From Hyphomicrobiales bacterium (GTDB taxonomy: Bacteria > Pseudomonadota > Alphaproteobacteria > Rhizobiales > Aestuariivirgaceae): a stretch of 64,000 bases of DNA. Position 1 is the first letter of the stretch. Every line of letters begins with the position of its first letter. Made by a program: the position numbers and the translations under genes. The stretch spans positions 1,204 to 65,203 of the forward strand of contig JANPCL010000110.1 in the NCBI GenBank assembly GCA_031430915.1, written 5' to 3'. The notes beneath the pieces were generated by a model. It did no database searches and had not been told where the DNA came from. It was given only the letters and a program-made list of their open reading frames with translations. Positions 18,364-26,737 of this stretch are shown one piece after another.

Positions 18364-19812
18364 TTACTCTGGGACGCAGCCTTCTTGCTTGGCCATGTCT
18401 ACATCACGATCACAAGGGGCAGCTGATTCATCTTTTTTATCGCTTTTATCAGCCTTGTCCTTCTTCGTGGTTTCGTCCTTTGAAGCAGGTTGATTTTCCT
18501 CGGGCTGAGTTGCTGCGTCAGTTGCAGGTTCCTCTACTTTTGCCTTCTTCTTGTCACCGGACTTTTTCGAACCAGGTTGTACAGCAGGATCTTCTGCTGA
18601 ATCCGGTGCGACAGCTTCTTCCGCCTTCTGCTTCTTCTTCTTCTCAACTGGCCTTGGTGTCTGTTCATCAGGATTGGTGTCAGTAGCGGCACCTTCTGGC
18701 TGGTCAGTCTTCAACTTTTTCTTTTTGTCAGTAGGCGCTGGTGTCTGTTCATCAGCCTTGGTGTCGGTAGCTGCACCTTCTGGCTGCTCAGCTTTCAGCT
18801 TCTTCTCGTCGGCAGACTTTTCTGGTTGATCAGCTTCAGTACCCGTCGTCTGGTCTACTGGCTGTTCGGTAACTGTCTTTTTCTTGTCAGTCGATTGCTG
18901 GGCATCACCATTGTTTTGCTCAACAGGAGTGTTTGCGGCTGGATCGCTTGCCTGCGCGTCAATTTTCTTCTTAGTTTCAACCTGATTTTGCTGAACCTCA
19001 GTCACTTCCTTGACTTGGGGCGGCTTGGCGGCTGCGTCAGGCTCGACCTTACCCTCAAAAATTTGGACTTGGTCCGCGCTGGCTTTGGCACTCGCGGGAT
19101 CGTCAGTCTTCTTGACTTCGACCTCGGCGACCTTTGCGCCCGTATTTTCCTCAATGTAATTTATGTTGATCACGTTGTTCACGACAATGTTGTTCTCAAC
19201 CTGAACACTGCCGACAAACTCTGAATCTCTCACGATGCGATTTCGTTCACGGTCGTCATGAATGATGACCGCGTTGAGATTAACCTCCAGAAAACTTCTG
19301 GAAGGAACCGCAACCCAATAATAGTCCGGAATTGAACCTACGTTTATTGTAATTGAAAGATCGTCACCGCCACCACGGCGAGGTGGCAATGGTGCCCAAG
19401 AAACGTGCTTACCGCTCTTGCGCCAGCTGACCCAAGCCGGAGCCCAACGGCTCCCCGGGACCCAATACCAGCCGATTTCTCGATCAAAACCCCAGCGGCC
19501 ATAGTGATAGGTGGCCCAGCCAAAGCGTTCATCAGAAGACCATGTCCAACCATATCCACGTGCATAAACCCAGTGACCCTTTGAGTATGGCTGCCAGTCC
19601 CGGTCCTCAATCACCGGCACAAAGACATAATCACCATCATGGGAGACCCAATCACCGTCATCTGCCAACCCGTCATAGAACAGCGAAAAGCTGATGGAGG
19701 TTGCTGCCTCAGCACTTGCAACTGGGCTCCAGCTCGGAGCAAGTTTAGACGGGATACCAATGGCAAGTGCAGCCAAGGCAGCAGAACCTGCAAGAAGGGT
19801 TATAAGTTTCAT
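18364..19812 (-). CDS. Secreted protein with a Trp/Tyr-rich N-terminal domain and a Lys/Glu/Pro/Thr-rich repetitive tail
   Basis: Signal peptide MKLITLLAGSAALAALA. The W/Y/G-rich repeats (GYGWTW, YHYGRWG, GWYWVPG) are followed by tandem ~29-aa KK..QPEGAATDT..DEQTP units. The start is placed at ATG 19812, which has an AGAGGA RBS; the longer ORF start lies inside the candidate promoter. Confidence 0.65.
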   Translation of the reverse strand: MKLITLLAGSAALAALAIGIPSKLAPSWSPVASAEAATSISFSLFYDGLADDGDWVSHDGDYVFVPVIEDRDWQPYSKGHWVYARGYGWTWSSDERFGWATYHYGRWGFDREIGWYWVPGSRWAPAWVSWRKSGKHVSWAPLPPRRGGGDDLSITINVGSIPDYYWVAVPSRSFLEVNLNAVIIHDDRERNRIVRDSEFVGSVQVENNIVVNNVININYIEENTGAKVAEVEVKKTDDPASAKASADQVQIFEGKVEPDAAAKPPQVKEVTEVQQNQVETKKKIDAQASDPAANTPVEQNNGDAQQSTDKKKTVTEQPVDQTTGTEADQPEKSADEKKLKAEQPEGAATDTKADEQTPAPTDKKKKLKTDQPEGAATDTNPDEQTPRPVEKKKKQKAEEAVAPDSAEDPAVQPGSKKSGDKKKAKVEEPATDAATQPEENQPASKDETTKKDKADKSDKKDESAAPCDRDVDMAKQEGCVPE

Positions 19813-19849
19813 GATAGCGATCCTCTGAACGGTTACATATTCAGATGAC

Positions 19850-19874
19850 AACCTCCTCACGCCTTATAAGTTCC
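19850..19874 (-). promoter_or_regulatory. EcfG-like promoter, near match (GGAAC-N16-GGTT)
   Basis: Sense strand GGAAC-ttataaggcgtgagga-GGTT, ending 37 nt before ATG 19812. Confidence 0.3.
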
Positions 19875-19949
19875 ACATACTGACCGATACAGACTTTGAG
19901 GTGTTGCAAATAGTGTTGGTGTGGATCCAAAAACCTCATAATCCGGATT

Positions 19950-20444
19950 TCAACGCCGTTTGAAGGTAAACCTCGATGTGCTCCGATTTACACCAGCAAC
20001 CCTGTCATTCACGGTCTGGGCAAAGGTATTTGGCCCGATGCGCTCAAGAACCATCTGAGCGGAACGGTCATCATTAACCAGGCCACCCCACCTGATGGTC
20101 ATCACAAGGCGATTACCACGAAGGGTGCCATCCAGAGTGGCAGGACCCGTCTTGGAACCGGTATAGGTGCCTACATACCTGTTGCCGCCAGCATTTCTTA
20201 TTGAGAGCCCCAAGGCCTGCCGGAACACTGCTACTCCACAGCTGCCATTCATTGCAACCTTGGTCTCGCCTCCGCTAATTGCTACACGACAACTGGCTGA
20301 AATATCACCATACTTGGCAACATAAGCCTTGCCGGAGCCCGACCAGTTTCCCGAAAGATTGTCGAAGAACTTTGCAGGTGCTGCCTCGGCAGCGGACAAC
20401 ATCAAAGTTCCGCAGAATCCCATAGCCAAGGCAAAGTGGTTCAT
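19950..20444 (-). CDS. Secreted hypothetical protein
   Basis: 164 aa with an N-terminal signal peptide (..MLSAAEA) and beta-rich composition. No motif recognised. Confidence 0.55.
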   Translation of the reverse strand: MNHFALAMGFCGTLMLSAAEAAPAKFFDNLSGNWSGSGKAYVAKYGDISASCRVAISGGETKVAMNGSCGVAVFRQALGLSIRNAGGNRYVGTYTGSKTGPATLDGTLRGNRLVMTIRWGGLVNDDRSAQMVLERIGPNTFAQTVNDRVAGVNRSTSRFTFKRR

Positions 20445-20486
20445 AAGGTATATCTCTCTTCATTTATATTTTGAATGAACAGTTGA

Positions 20487-20511
20487 AACACCTCTGTGAT
20501 GGTTTTGTTCC
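20487..20511 (-). promoter_or_regulatory. EcfG-like promoter, near match (GGAAC-N16-TGTT)
   Basis: Sense strand GGAAC-aaaaccatcacagagg-TGTT, ending 42 nt before ATG 20444. Confidence 0.3.
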
Positions 20512-20839
20512 ACAGGCAGACGATAGGGCAGTCTGACGAACCACTAAAATATTTAATGGCCAGGCTGAGTCAGAAAAAGCAGTCGCTCATTTTATGAACG
20601 ATTCGACGCGACCCGCAAATTTTGTGGGTATGAAAGCTAATTACAAATCAAAACTGGACGGCCAGTTTCAATGACTAATGTCGTTAGTTATTATCCTGTC
20701 GCTCCGCAGAATTTATGCAATTCAAAAAGCGCCAAAATTGCCTATCGTTTCGGACAAGACCAACATGAAGATAATAAGATGAATACTGCATAGCCAATAT
20801 AGACGAATCCAAGCAAAGCAAAATAAAAGCACACATCAT

Positions 20840-20868
20840 AAATGAAAATGGGGCATTTTCCGCCCCAT
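20840..20868 (-). terminator. Rho-independent terminator downstream of the esterase remnant
   Basis: Stem ATGGGGC/GCCCCAT (20848-20854/20862-20868) followed on the minus strand by TTTTCATTTAT. Confidence 0.55.
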
Positions 20869-20919
20869 CTTTCCAGCTAAAATAAAAGGTTATTAACAGT
20901 TCAATTCTGAGCGTTCTTA

Positions 20920-21222
20920 TCACCCAAAAGCATGTTTCAATTCTTGCACAGCAAAGTTCTGTGCTTCATCTGCTACTTTGATTACAGCAGCTATTCCGAA
21001 GAACTCGTGGGTGACGCCCTCATAATTCTTGGACTTGATTTTCACATCTGCAGACTTGAATCGCTCAGCGAGTTGCTGTCCCTCTGACATCAGAGGATCA
21101 ATATCGTCTATAATAATGGTAACAGGTGGCAGCCCCTTCAAATTGGCATTTTCGACCAAGTTGAGCCGAGGGTCCTTCAAATCGGCTTCGCTTGTTATTT
21201 CCTGCTCGAAAAACCAAGCCAT
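20920..21222 (-). pseudogene. Alpha/beta-hydrolase (HSL-type esterase) C-terminal fragment
   Basis: Only the last ~100 aa are present (LPPVTIIIDDIDPL...YEGVTHEFF, carrying the Asp and His of the triad). The nucleophile region is missing. Confidence 0.5.
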
Positions 21223-21322
21223 ACCACTACTGTCCGGTTGTTGACGTTTTTTCCCTCGTAACTTACTGTGATAGTTGAGTAAAGTACCGTTTTTCAGGTG
21301 TCACCGACTTGAACTGCTGTTT

Positions 21323-21586
21323 CTAACAAATGAAGTTCAACATGCCGCCTTCAAAGATTCTGGAGGGTGAGGCAAAGCCTTTCTCCTCAAGCGCAGACCA
21401 CAACAACAGAATATTGATGCCGGAATAACTGCGGCGGGTCAGGCCATTGACGGGAAGTCCCAAAGGGCAAGACTGCTTGCTACTGGTCCAAGGCTGAACC
21501 CAAGGCACAATGCCGCGTTCCAGTTCGGCGATGATCTTGTCGGTGATCTCACGATAGATATTCTCTCTTCCAATCGCCTTCGACAT
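21323..21586 (-). pseudogene. ArdC-like antirestriction protein, N-terminal (DUF1738 ssDNA-binding) fragment
   Basis: IYREITDKIIAELERGIVPWVQPW....YSGINILLLW matches the ArdC N-domain. Similarity ends after ~75 aa and the metalloprotease domain is absent. Confidence 0.6.
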
Positions 21587-21619
21587 CTCGGTTCCCTCCT
21601 TCGCATCCGAACCCCGGAA

Positions 21620-21799
21620 GCGGGGTGGGCGGTGCCTTGCGACTGAAGAGGCCCGCTGATTGAGGCGGGCCGCACCGAAGGCCGGAACGTCAGTGGAGGA
21701 CTGCGCTCTTTTAAACTTTGTCGATCATTGACGGCTTAGAGCACTCGCGCAGTTGCGGCCCGCCGCAGCGGGCCTAGAAAGGAGCGCCGCCCACCCTGC
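21620..21799. other. GC-rich structured spacer (candidate structured RNA or ssDNA element)
   Basis: GGGTGGGCGG (21623-21632) pairs with CCGCCCACCC (21787-21796), extendable to ~15 bp with wobbles in the plus sense. This helix encloses two hairpins with identical stems GGCCCGC/GCGGGCC (21650-21671 and 21757-21774). Confidence 0.35.
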
Positions 21800-21818
21800 G
21801 CACCGGGTTGGCCTTAAC

Positions 21819-21844
21819 AAAAAAAGCCGACGCGCAGCGGCGTC
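21819..21844 (-). terminator. Possible rho-independent terminator
   Basis: On the minus strand, GACGC-cgctgc-GCGTC (or GCCG/CGGC) is followed by GGC and a T7 run (A-run 21819-21825 on the plus strand). It lies ~300 nt downstream of ligD. Confidence 0.4.
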
Positions 21845-22155
21845 CTCGCATGTTCGTTGACGAACCTGCGCCAGGGATGAAAGCCCGAAGGGCCGAGACC
21901 ATCGAACGATGAATTCTGTTCAAGAATGGAAATAGGCTCGGTTCACGCCAGCCCGGTCTGTGCAGCAGAGGCGTCTAATGCCGGCACCAGATAACCTGTT
22001 TAAGGCAAGCACGGGGTTCATAGACTCTACACCGGAGAACGCAGTTATGATTTTCTGCAGTCACAAAAAATGCAGCTCTACAGAATATCCATGACTTAGA
22101 AAGTGAGTTCTGAACTGAAACAGCAAAAAGGAGTAAACACGACAAGCGCAAAGTT

Positions 22156-24645
22156 CTACTGGCGCAATGGCTTTGCAATCTTGAAAAAATCTCTCCAAGG
22201 ATTGGGTTCTCTCAGGATATTGCGCGTCAGATCGCCGCTGATTGTGAATGACTTTGGATGCATTCCTGTCTCCATCAATTGCCAGTCGATAGGCATGGAT
22301 ATGGCAGCCTCATCATTGGCGCGTAGTGAGAAAGGTGCCACAGTGGTTGAGCCGCGGCCGTTGCGCAGATAGTCAATGAAGACTCTGCCCTTTCGGGCTT
22401 TTTTAGCAAGGGTTGCGGTGTAACGGTCTGGCGATGATTGTGTGAGAGCGTGCGCGAAATCATGCGCGAAGGTTTTGACTTCGTCCCACCCAGCCTTGGG
22501 TTTCAGCGGAACCACAACGTGAAACCCCTTGCCACCTGATGTTTTGAGCAATGCCGGAAGGCCAAGATCGCTCAAGTGTTGTTTGACATCTAGGGCAGCG
22601 GCCTTCACCAAGTCAATGTCCAATCCTTCATCAGGGTCGAGATCAAACACGATTTGATCCGGTGTTTCGAGTGCAGTTATTGTGGAGCCCCAAATATGAA
22701 TTTCGACCACACCCAATTGCACCAGTGCTGCCACACCGTCAAAGTTCTTTACATAAAGGTGTTGCTGCTTGTCTTCGGGATCGTCCAATGTGAAAATGGC
22801 GGGATGCATGCCGGGCGAGGCGTGTTTCTGATAAAACTGTTGGCCGCCAATACCGTCGGGTGCCCGCAAAAGACTCAAAGGCCGGTTGATGATAAATGGC
22901 TCCATGCGCGGCCAAACCGATCCGTAGTAGTCAAGCAAATCTTGTTTTGAGATTTTGGCTTTCGGCCAGAGCAATTTACCCACATTGCTAAGTTGCACGC
23001 TAGTGTCGGGCATGGGCAGTCGCTTAGGCTTTTTCTGTATCACCGTCGTTTTTTTCCGTGATGATGCGACTGGAACTTCCTTGACAACGTCATCTGCTGG
23101 CTTGTCTTCACGCAAGCCCTGAAACGAAGCTTGGCGCAAAATTCCTCCATCTGTCCAAGCCCGAAACTCCACTTCAGCCACGAATTCTGGCCTGACCCAC
23201 ACCGCAGTCTTCTCAACGCCGTCCATTCCTCTAATGGCTGGAGCTTTGGTCTTGAGTTTGTCAAGCCGACGTTTGATGTCGTCGCTACTTTTCACTGAAA
23301 AGCCGGTGCCAACCCGCCCACCATATTTGAGTTTGCCGTTATCATGATAGGCCACCAGAATTGAGCGCAGGCCGCGTCCCGTTGCTGCGGACGTGAGGTA
23401 GCCGATGACGACAAATTCCTGACGCTGGATGCATTTTGATTTGATCCAATCCAATGTGCGTCCACTGTGATACGGAGCGTCAACGCGTTTTGAGATCACG
23501 CCTTCAAGGCCCATGCGGCAAGCATGCGACAGCATCACCTCTCCTGTTTCAGCAAAGTCTTCGCTGTAGCGCACAACCGCGTGTTCAGGCTGCCGACTTA
23601 ATAGTTCCTCGAGACGCAATTTGCGTTTTGCCAGCGGTTTGCCAAGCCATGAAGAATTGTTCAGTTGTAGGAGGTCGAAGGCGTAGAACACCATCCTGTC
23701 ACTGCGGCCCTCCGAAAGATCGGCCTGCAGCAGTGAGAAGGAGGCAACGCCCTTTGGCGAAAGCACCACCAGTTCCCCGTCAATGATGGCTTGTTTGCAG
23801 TCGAGGCTCAGAAGTTCGCGCGGCACTGCATCACCAAAACGCGTCGTCCAATCGAGCCCTGATCGTGTCAGCAGTTTCACTTTCCCCGCTGCGACGTGGG
23901 CCTGAATGCGGTAACCGTCAAACTTGACCTCATGAATCCAGTCGTTGCCGGAAGGAGGAGTAGCTTTCAGCGTGGCAAGTGCTGGCGAGATGAACTGCGA
24001 AGATGGGGCAACCCTCGACTTCGGGGACACTCCCGCGGTCTTAGCGATAGCCTTGGAGCTTTTGCCAGCTCTGATATCGTCGATGGTAAGGCCAGACTTT
24101 ACCGATTGTTGTGCCGCCTCCAGAATGTCCGCACTCGCGGTGGCGAATTCATCCTCGGCCTTGATCAGCAACCAGTTGTCGTGTTTTTCCTTTGCACGGG
24201 GTTTCAAACGCACCAAATGCCAGCCACCTCCGAGTTTCTCTCCAGCAAGTGCAAAACTGAGATGGCCCTTCTTCATGCTCGCGACAGCATCACCGTCCGG
24301 TGCCCACGTTCCACGGTCCCAAACGATCGCTGCGCCAGCACCATAAGAGCCTTTCGGGATTGTGCCTTCAAAATCTGCATAATCAAGCGGATGGTCTTCG
24401 ACATGGACAGCGAGCCGTTTGTCGGTAGGATCAAGGCTTGGTCCGCGGGTGACAGCCCAGCACCACAGCACACCGTCATGCTCCAGACGCAAATCATAAT
24501 GTAGCCGGCGGGCATCGTGCTTATGGATGACGAACAGACCTCCGGTAGACTTGGATTTTCGCGATCCACCAAGTGCTTTTCCAGAAGGTTCGCTGGTCTT
24601 CTTGAAATCCCGCTTCAACCGGTAATGCTTTAACCCAGTCGACAT
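22156..24645 (-). CDS. ligD: Multidomain ATP-dependent DNA ligase D (phosphoesterase-ligase-polymerase order)
   Basis: 829 aa. The N-terminal PE domain has FVIHKHDARRLHYDLRLE, the central ligase has the KxDG motif (EVKFDGYR), and the C-terminus is a primase-polymerase domain. Confidence 0.9.
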   Translation of the reverse strand: MSTGLKHYRLKRDFKKTSEPSGKALGGSRKSKSTGGLFVIHKHDARRLHYDLRLEHDGVLWCWAVTRGPSLDPTDKRLAVHVEDHPLDYADFEGTIPKGSYGAGAAIVWDRGTWAPDGDAVASMKKGHLSFALAGEKLGGGWHLVRLKPRAKEKHDNWLLIKAEDEFATASADILEAAQQSVKSGLTIDDIRAGKSSKAIAKTAGVSPKSRVAPSSQFISPALATLKATPPSGNDWIHEVKFDGYRIQAHVAAGKVKLLTRSGLDWTTRFGDAVPRELLSLDCKQAIIDGELVVLSPKGVASFSLLQADLSEGRSDRMVFYAFDLLQLNNSSWLGKPLAKRKLRLEELLSRQPEHAVVRYSEDFAETGEVMLSHACRMGLEGVISKRVDAPYHSGRTLDWIKSKCIQRQEFVVIGYLTSAATGRGLRSILVAYHDNGKLKYGGRVGTGFSVKSSDDIKRRLDKLKTKAPAIRGMDGVEKTAVWVRPEFVAEVEFRAWTDGGILRQASFQGLREDKPADDVVKEVPVASSRKKTTVIQKKPKRLPMPDTSVQLSNVGKLLWPKAKISKQDLLDYYGSVWPRMEPFIINRPLSLLRAPDGIGGQQFYQKHASPGMHPAIFTLDDPEDKQQHLYVKNFDGVAALVQLGVVEIHIWGSTITALETPDQIVFDLDPDEGLDIDLVKAAALDVKQHLSDLGLPALLKTSGGKGFHVVVPLKPKAGWDEVKTFAHDFAHALTQSSPDRYTATLAKKARKGRVFIDYLRNGRGSTTVAPFSLRANDEAAISMPIDWQLMETGMHPKSFTISGDLTRNILREPNPWRDFFKIAKPLRQ

Positions 24646-24661
24646 TCAAGCACCCCGAAGC

Positions 24662-25540
24662 TTAGCGTTTGCGACCCGCCACTGATTTTCCGGATGTCTT
24701 GGTATCATTCGGAATTGGCTTAACCTTTGACTTGGGCTTTGCATCATTTGCCTGCACATCAGGTTCTGACGCCAAGCTTTTTTTCAAGGCGTCGAACAGG
24801 TTGACGACATTGGAAGGTGGTGCTGCAGATGAAACGATTGGTGGTTTCTTGCCAGCCTTCTTGGCCTTGATCATGTCCAGAAGCGCTTCCTCATAATGAT
24901 CTTCAAACTTCGAAGGATCAAAGCGTCCTTTCTTCTTGTCAATGATATGAGTGGCAAGGTCGATCATTTCTTGATCGACCTTGACCTTGCCGATGCCATC
25001 GAAAACCGTATCGGGCTGGCGCACTGCGTTGTCATATCGCAGCGTGGTGAGCAACATGCCTTTTCCAAATGCCTCAATTACCACCGGGCGCTCTTTACGG
25101 TACAATACCATGCGCGCAAGGCCAGCCATCTTCTTTTCAAATAGCGCATCCCTGATCACCGCAAAAGCTTCCTCGGCAACCTTGTCCGATGGCGCCAGAT
25201 AATAGGGTGTATCCAGATAGATTTGTTGAATGTCTGCCTTGTTCACGAAACTTTCGAGAGTGAGAGTATGTGAGGATTCGATTTTGACGGATTCAATTTC
25301 CGCCTCTTCGAATAGCAGATACTTGTCGCTCTCAATCTCAAAGCCCTTGACCTCGTTTTTTTCATCGACGGGCTTTCGCGTTACCGAGTCCGTGTATTGG
25401 CGCGATACAGTGTTGCCCGTGGCCCGGTTAAGAATGCGGAAAGAGACTTTTTCGCTTTGGGTCGTCGCGTTTGAAAGTTCCACGCCACAGGTGACAAGCG
25501 ATAGCTTCAGATATCCTTTCCATGCTGGACGTACAGCCAT
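24662..25540 (-). CDS. ku: Ku DNA end-binding protein
   Basis: 292 aa with the canonical bacterial Ku N-terminus (RPAWKGYLKLSLVTCGVEL) and a basic Lys-rich tail. Confidence 0.9.
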   Translation of the reverse strand: MAVRPAWKGYLKLSLVTCGVELSNATTQSEKVSFRILNRATGNTVSRQYTDSVTRKPVDEKNEVKGFEIESDKYLLFEEAEIESVKIESSHTLTLESFVNKADIQQIYLDTPYYLAPSDKVAEEAFAVIRDALFEKKMAGLARMVLYRKERPVVIEAFGKGMLLTTLRYDNAVRQPDTVFDGIGKVKVDQEMIDLATHIIDKKKGRFDPSKFEDHYEEALLDMIKAKKAGKKPPIVSSAAPPSNVVNLFDALKKSLASEPDVQANDAKPKSKVKPIPNDTKTSGKSVAGRKR

Positions 25541-25758
25541 CAGGCATTTCCTCCGACACCGTGCCGATTCATTGCAAAATCTTCGGCATAGTTCAGATCC
25601 TCGTGCGTAATCACCGGCACAGGATCGCTGACCAGTGCCTGCAGAGTTTCCGGCTCCAACACGCCATGAGATATGCAGGTTTCAAACGCAAATCGCGTTT
25701 CCCGCTCGGAACGAAGGAGAGCCGATAATGCCAAAATCAATCGATCACGGTGGTCCAT
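25540..25758 (-). CDS. Hypothetical small protein translationally coupled to ku
   Basis: Its TGA shares one base with the ku ATG (TGATG at 25542-25538). The start is placed at Met13 (25758) because the longest-ORF ATG (25794) sits only 3 nt from the promoter -10. No motif recognised. Confidence 0.4.
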   Translation of the reverse strand: MDHRDRLILALSALLRSERETRFAFETCISHGVLEPETLQALVSDPVPVITHEDLNYAEDFAMNRHGVGGNA

Positions 25759-25797
25759 TGGAGAGCCTGTGAAGTTATTGTTAGTTGATACCATTTA

Positions 25798-25822
25798 AAC
25801 GAACGTGACTGACGAAGGTTCC
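25798..25822 (-). promoter_or_regulatory. EcfG-type general-stress promoter (perfect GGAAC-N16-CGTT)
   Basis: Sense strand GGAAC-cttcgtcagtcacgtt-CGTT, directly upstream of the small-ORF/ku/ligD operon. Confidence 0.6.
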
Positions 25823-25827
25823 TTTCA

Positions 25828-25852
25828 GGAACCATCAAGCCTTGAGTCAGTT
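25828..25852 (+). promoter_or_regulatory. EcfG-like promoter, near match (GGAAC-N16-AGTT)
   Basis: GGAAC-catcaagccttgagtc-AGTT, ending 33 nt before ATG 25886. Its -35 forms an inverted repeat (GGTTCC-tttca-GGAACC) with the divergent promoter. Confidence 0.35.
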
Positions 25853-25885
25853 GTAATACTACGACTAAAAATCGGAGTTCCAGCA

Positions 25886-26710
25886 ATGAGCATCACATCT
25901 ACTCTCACCGCAATGGCGGTAGCCACCGGTTTGGCCGTTGGAGTGGCACAAGGCGGCGAAAGCATTCCGGGTCCTGCTGGAAAGCTCCATGTTGATGACG
26001 GCGGCTCGGGCGGGGTTCCGGTCGTATTCATCCATTCCTACGCTGGCGACTCAACGCACTGGACCGAACAACTCAAGCACTTGCGCAAAACCCGCAGGGC
26101 CATTGCCCTCGATTTGCGCGGACACGGGCAATCACAGCCACCTGCAAACGGTGACTATTCCATTGGCGCATTGGAAGCCGACGTCACCGCCGTAGTCGAC
26201 ACACTCAAACTTGATCGCTTCGTTTTGGTGGGCCACAGCATGGGCGGCCCCACCGCAATTGCCTACGCTGCCGAGAATCCATCCAAAGTGGCGGGGCTCG
26301 TGCTTGTGGCATCGGCGGCAAAAACCCCGCCTGAGATGGCCAAGGAAGTCATCGACAACTTGGAGAAGGATTATGACACGGTTTACGAAGGCTATGCCGC
26401 CAAACTGCTAAAGGGTGCGCAGCCGGAAGTGGCGAGAAAAGTCCACAAGGAAATGCTTGCTGTAGACCAGAAAACCGCGATGACCATCATCAAGGTGCTC
26501 TTCGCGCATGACCCGCTGCCGGGCCTCAGGCAATATACCGGACCCAAACTCGCCATCATCTCATCAGAAGGTGACACGCCGATGGACCTGCACAATCAGG
26601 CCGATCTACCTCACGTGACAATCGAGGACACGGGTCACTGGCCGCAGATGGACAAGCCTGACGAATTCAACCGTGTCCTTGAAGAATTTCTCAAACAACA
26701 CGTGGACTGA
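25886..26710 (+). CDS. Alpha/beta-fold hydrolase, probably exported
   Basis: It has a GHSMGG nucleophile elbow, an HG oxyanion region (FIHSYAGD) and a C-terminal GHWP His. Start MSITSTLTAMAVATGLAVGVAQG is signal-peptide-like with a GGAG RBS. Confidence 0.8.
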   Translation: MSITSTLTAMAVATGLAVGVAQGGESIPGPAGKLHVDDGGSGGVPVVFIHSYAGDSTHWTEQLKHLRKTRRAIALDLRGHGQSQPPANGDYSIGALEADVTAVVDTLKLDRFVLVGHSMGGPTAIAYAAENPSKVAGLVLVASAAKTPPEMAKEVIDNLEKDYDTVYEGYAAKLLKGAQPEVARKVHKEMLAVDQKTAMTIIKVLFAHDPLPGLRQYTGPKLAIISSEGDTPMDLHNQADLPHVTIEDTGHWPQMDKPDEFNRVLEEFLKQHVD

Positions 26711-26737
26711 TCCCAATCGCAAACTGGAGTAACGCAG

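Noticed and set aside
18655-18830. Tandem ~87-bp DNA repeats that could be mistaken for a CRISPR or VNTR array
   Set aside because: Only two units are present, with no spacer-repeat alternation. They are in frame within the Lys/Glu/Pro-rich tail of the 18364-19812 protein, so this is a coding low-complexity repeat.
20684-20923. 79-aa minus-strand ORF in the AT-rich segment
   Set aside because: It runs straight through the terminator hairpin at 20848-20868. It also has an odd Phe/Leu/Cys-rich composition and no RBS.
21900-22060. tRNA-like or att-site-like sequence downstream of ligD (GGTTCA-containing stretches)
   Set aside because: I could not fold a cloverleaf. The T-arm-like strings lack complementary stems and no acceptor or anticodon arms are evident.
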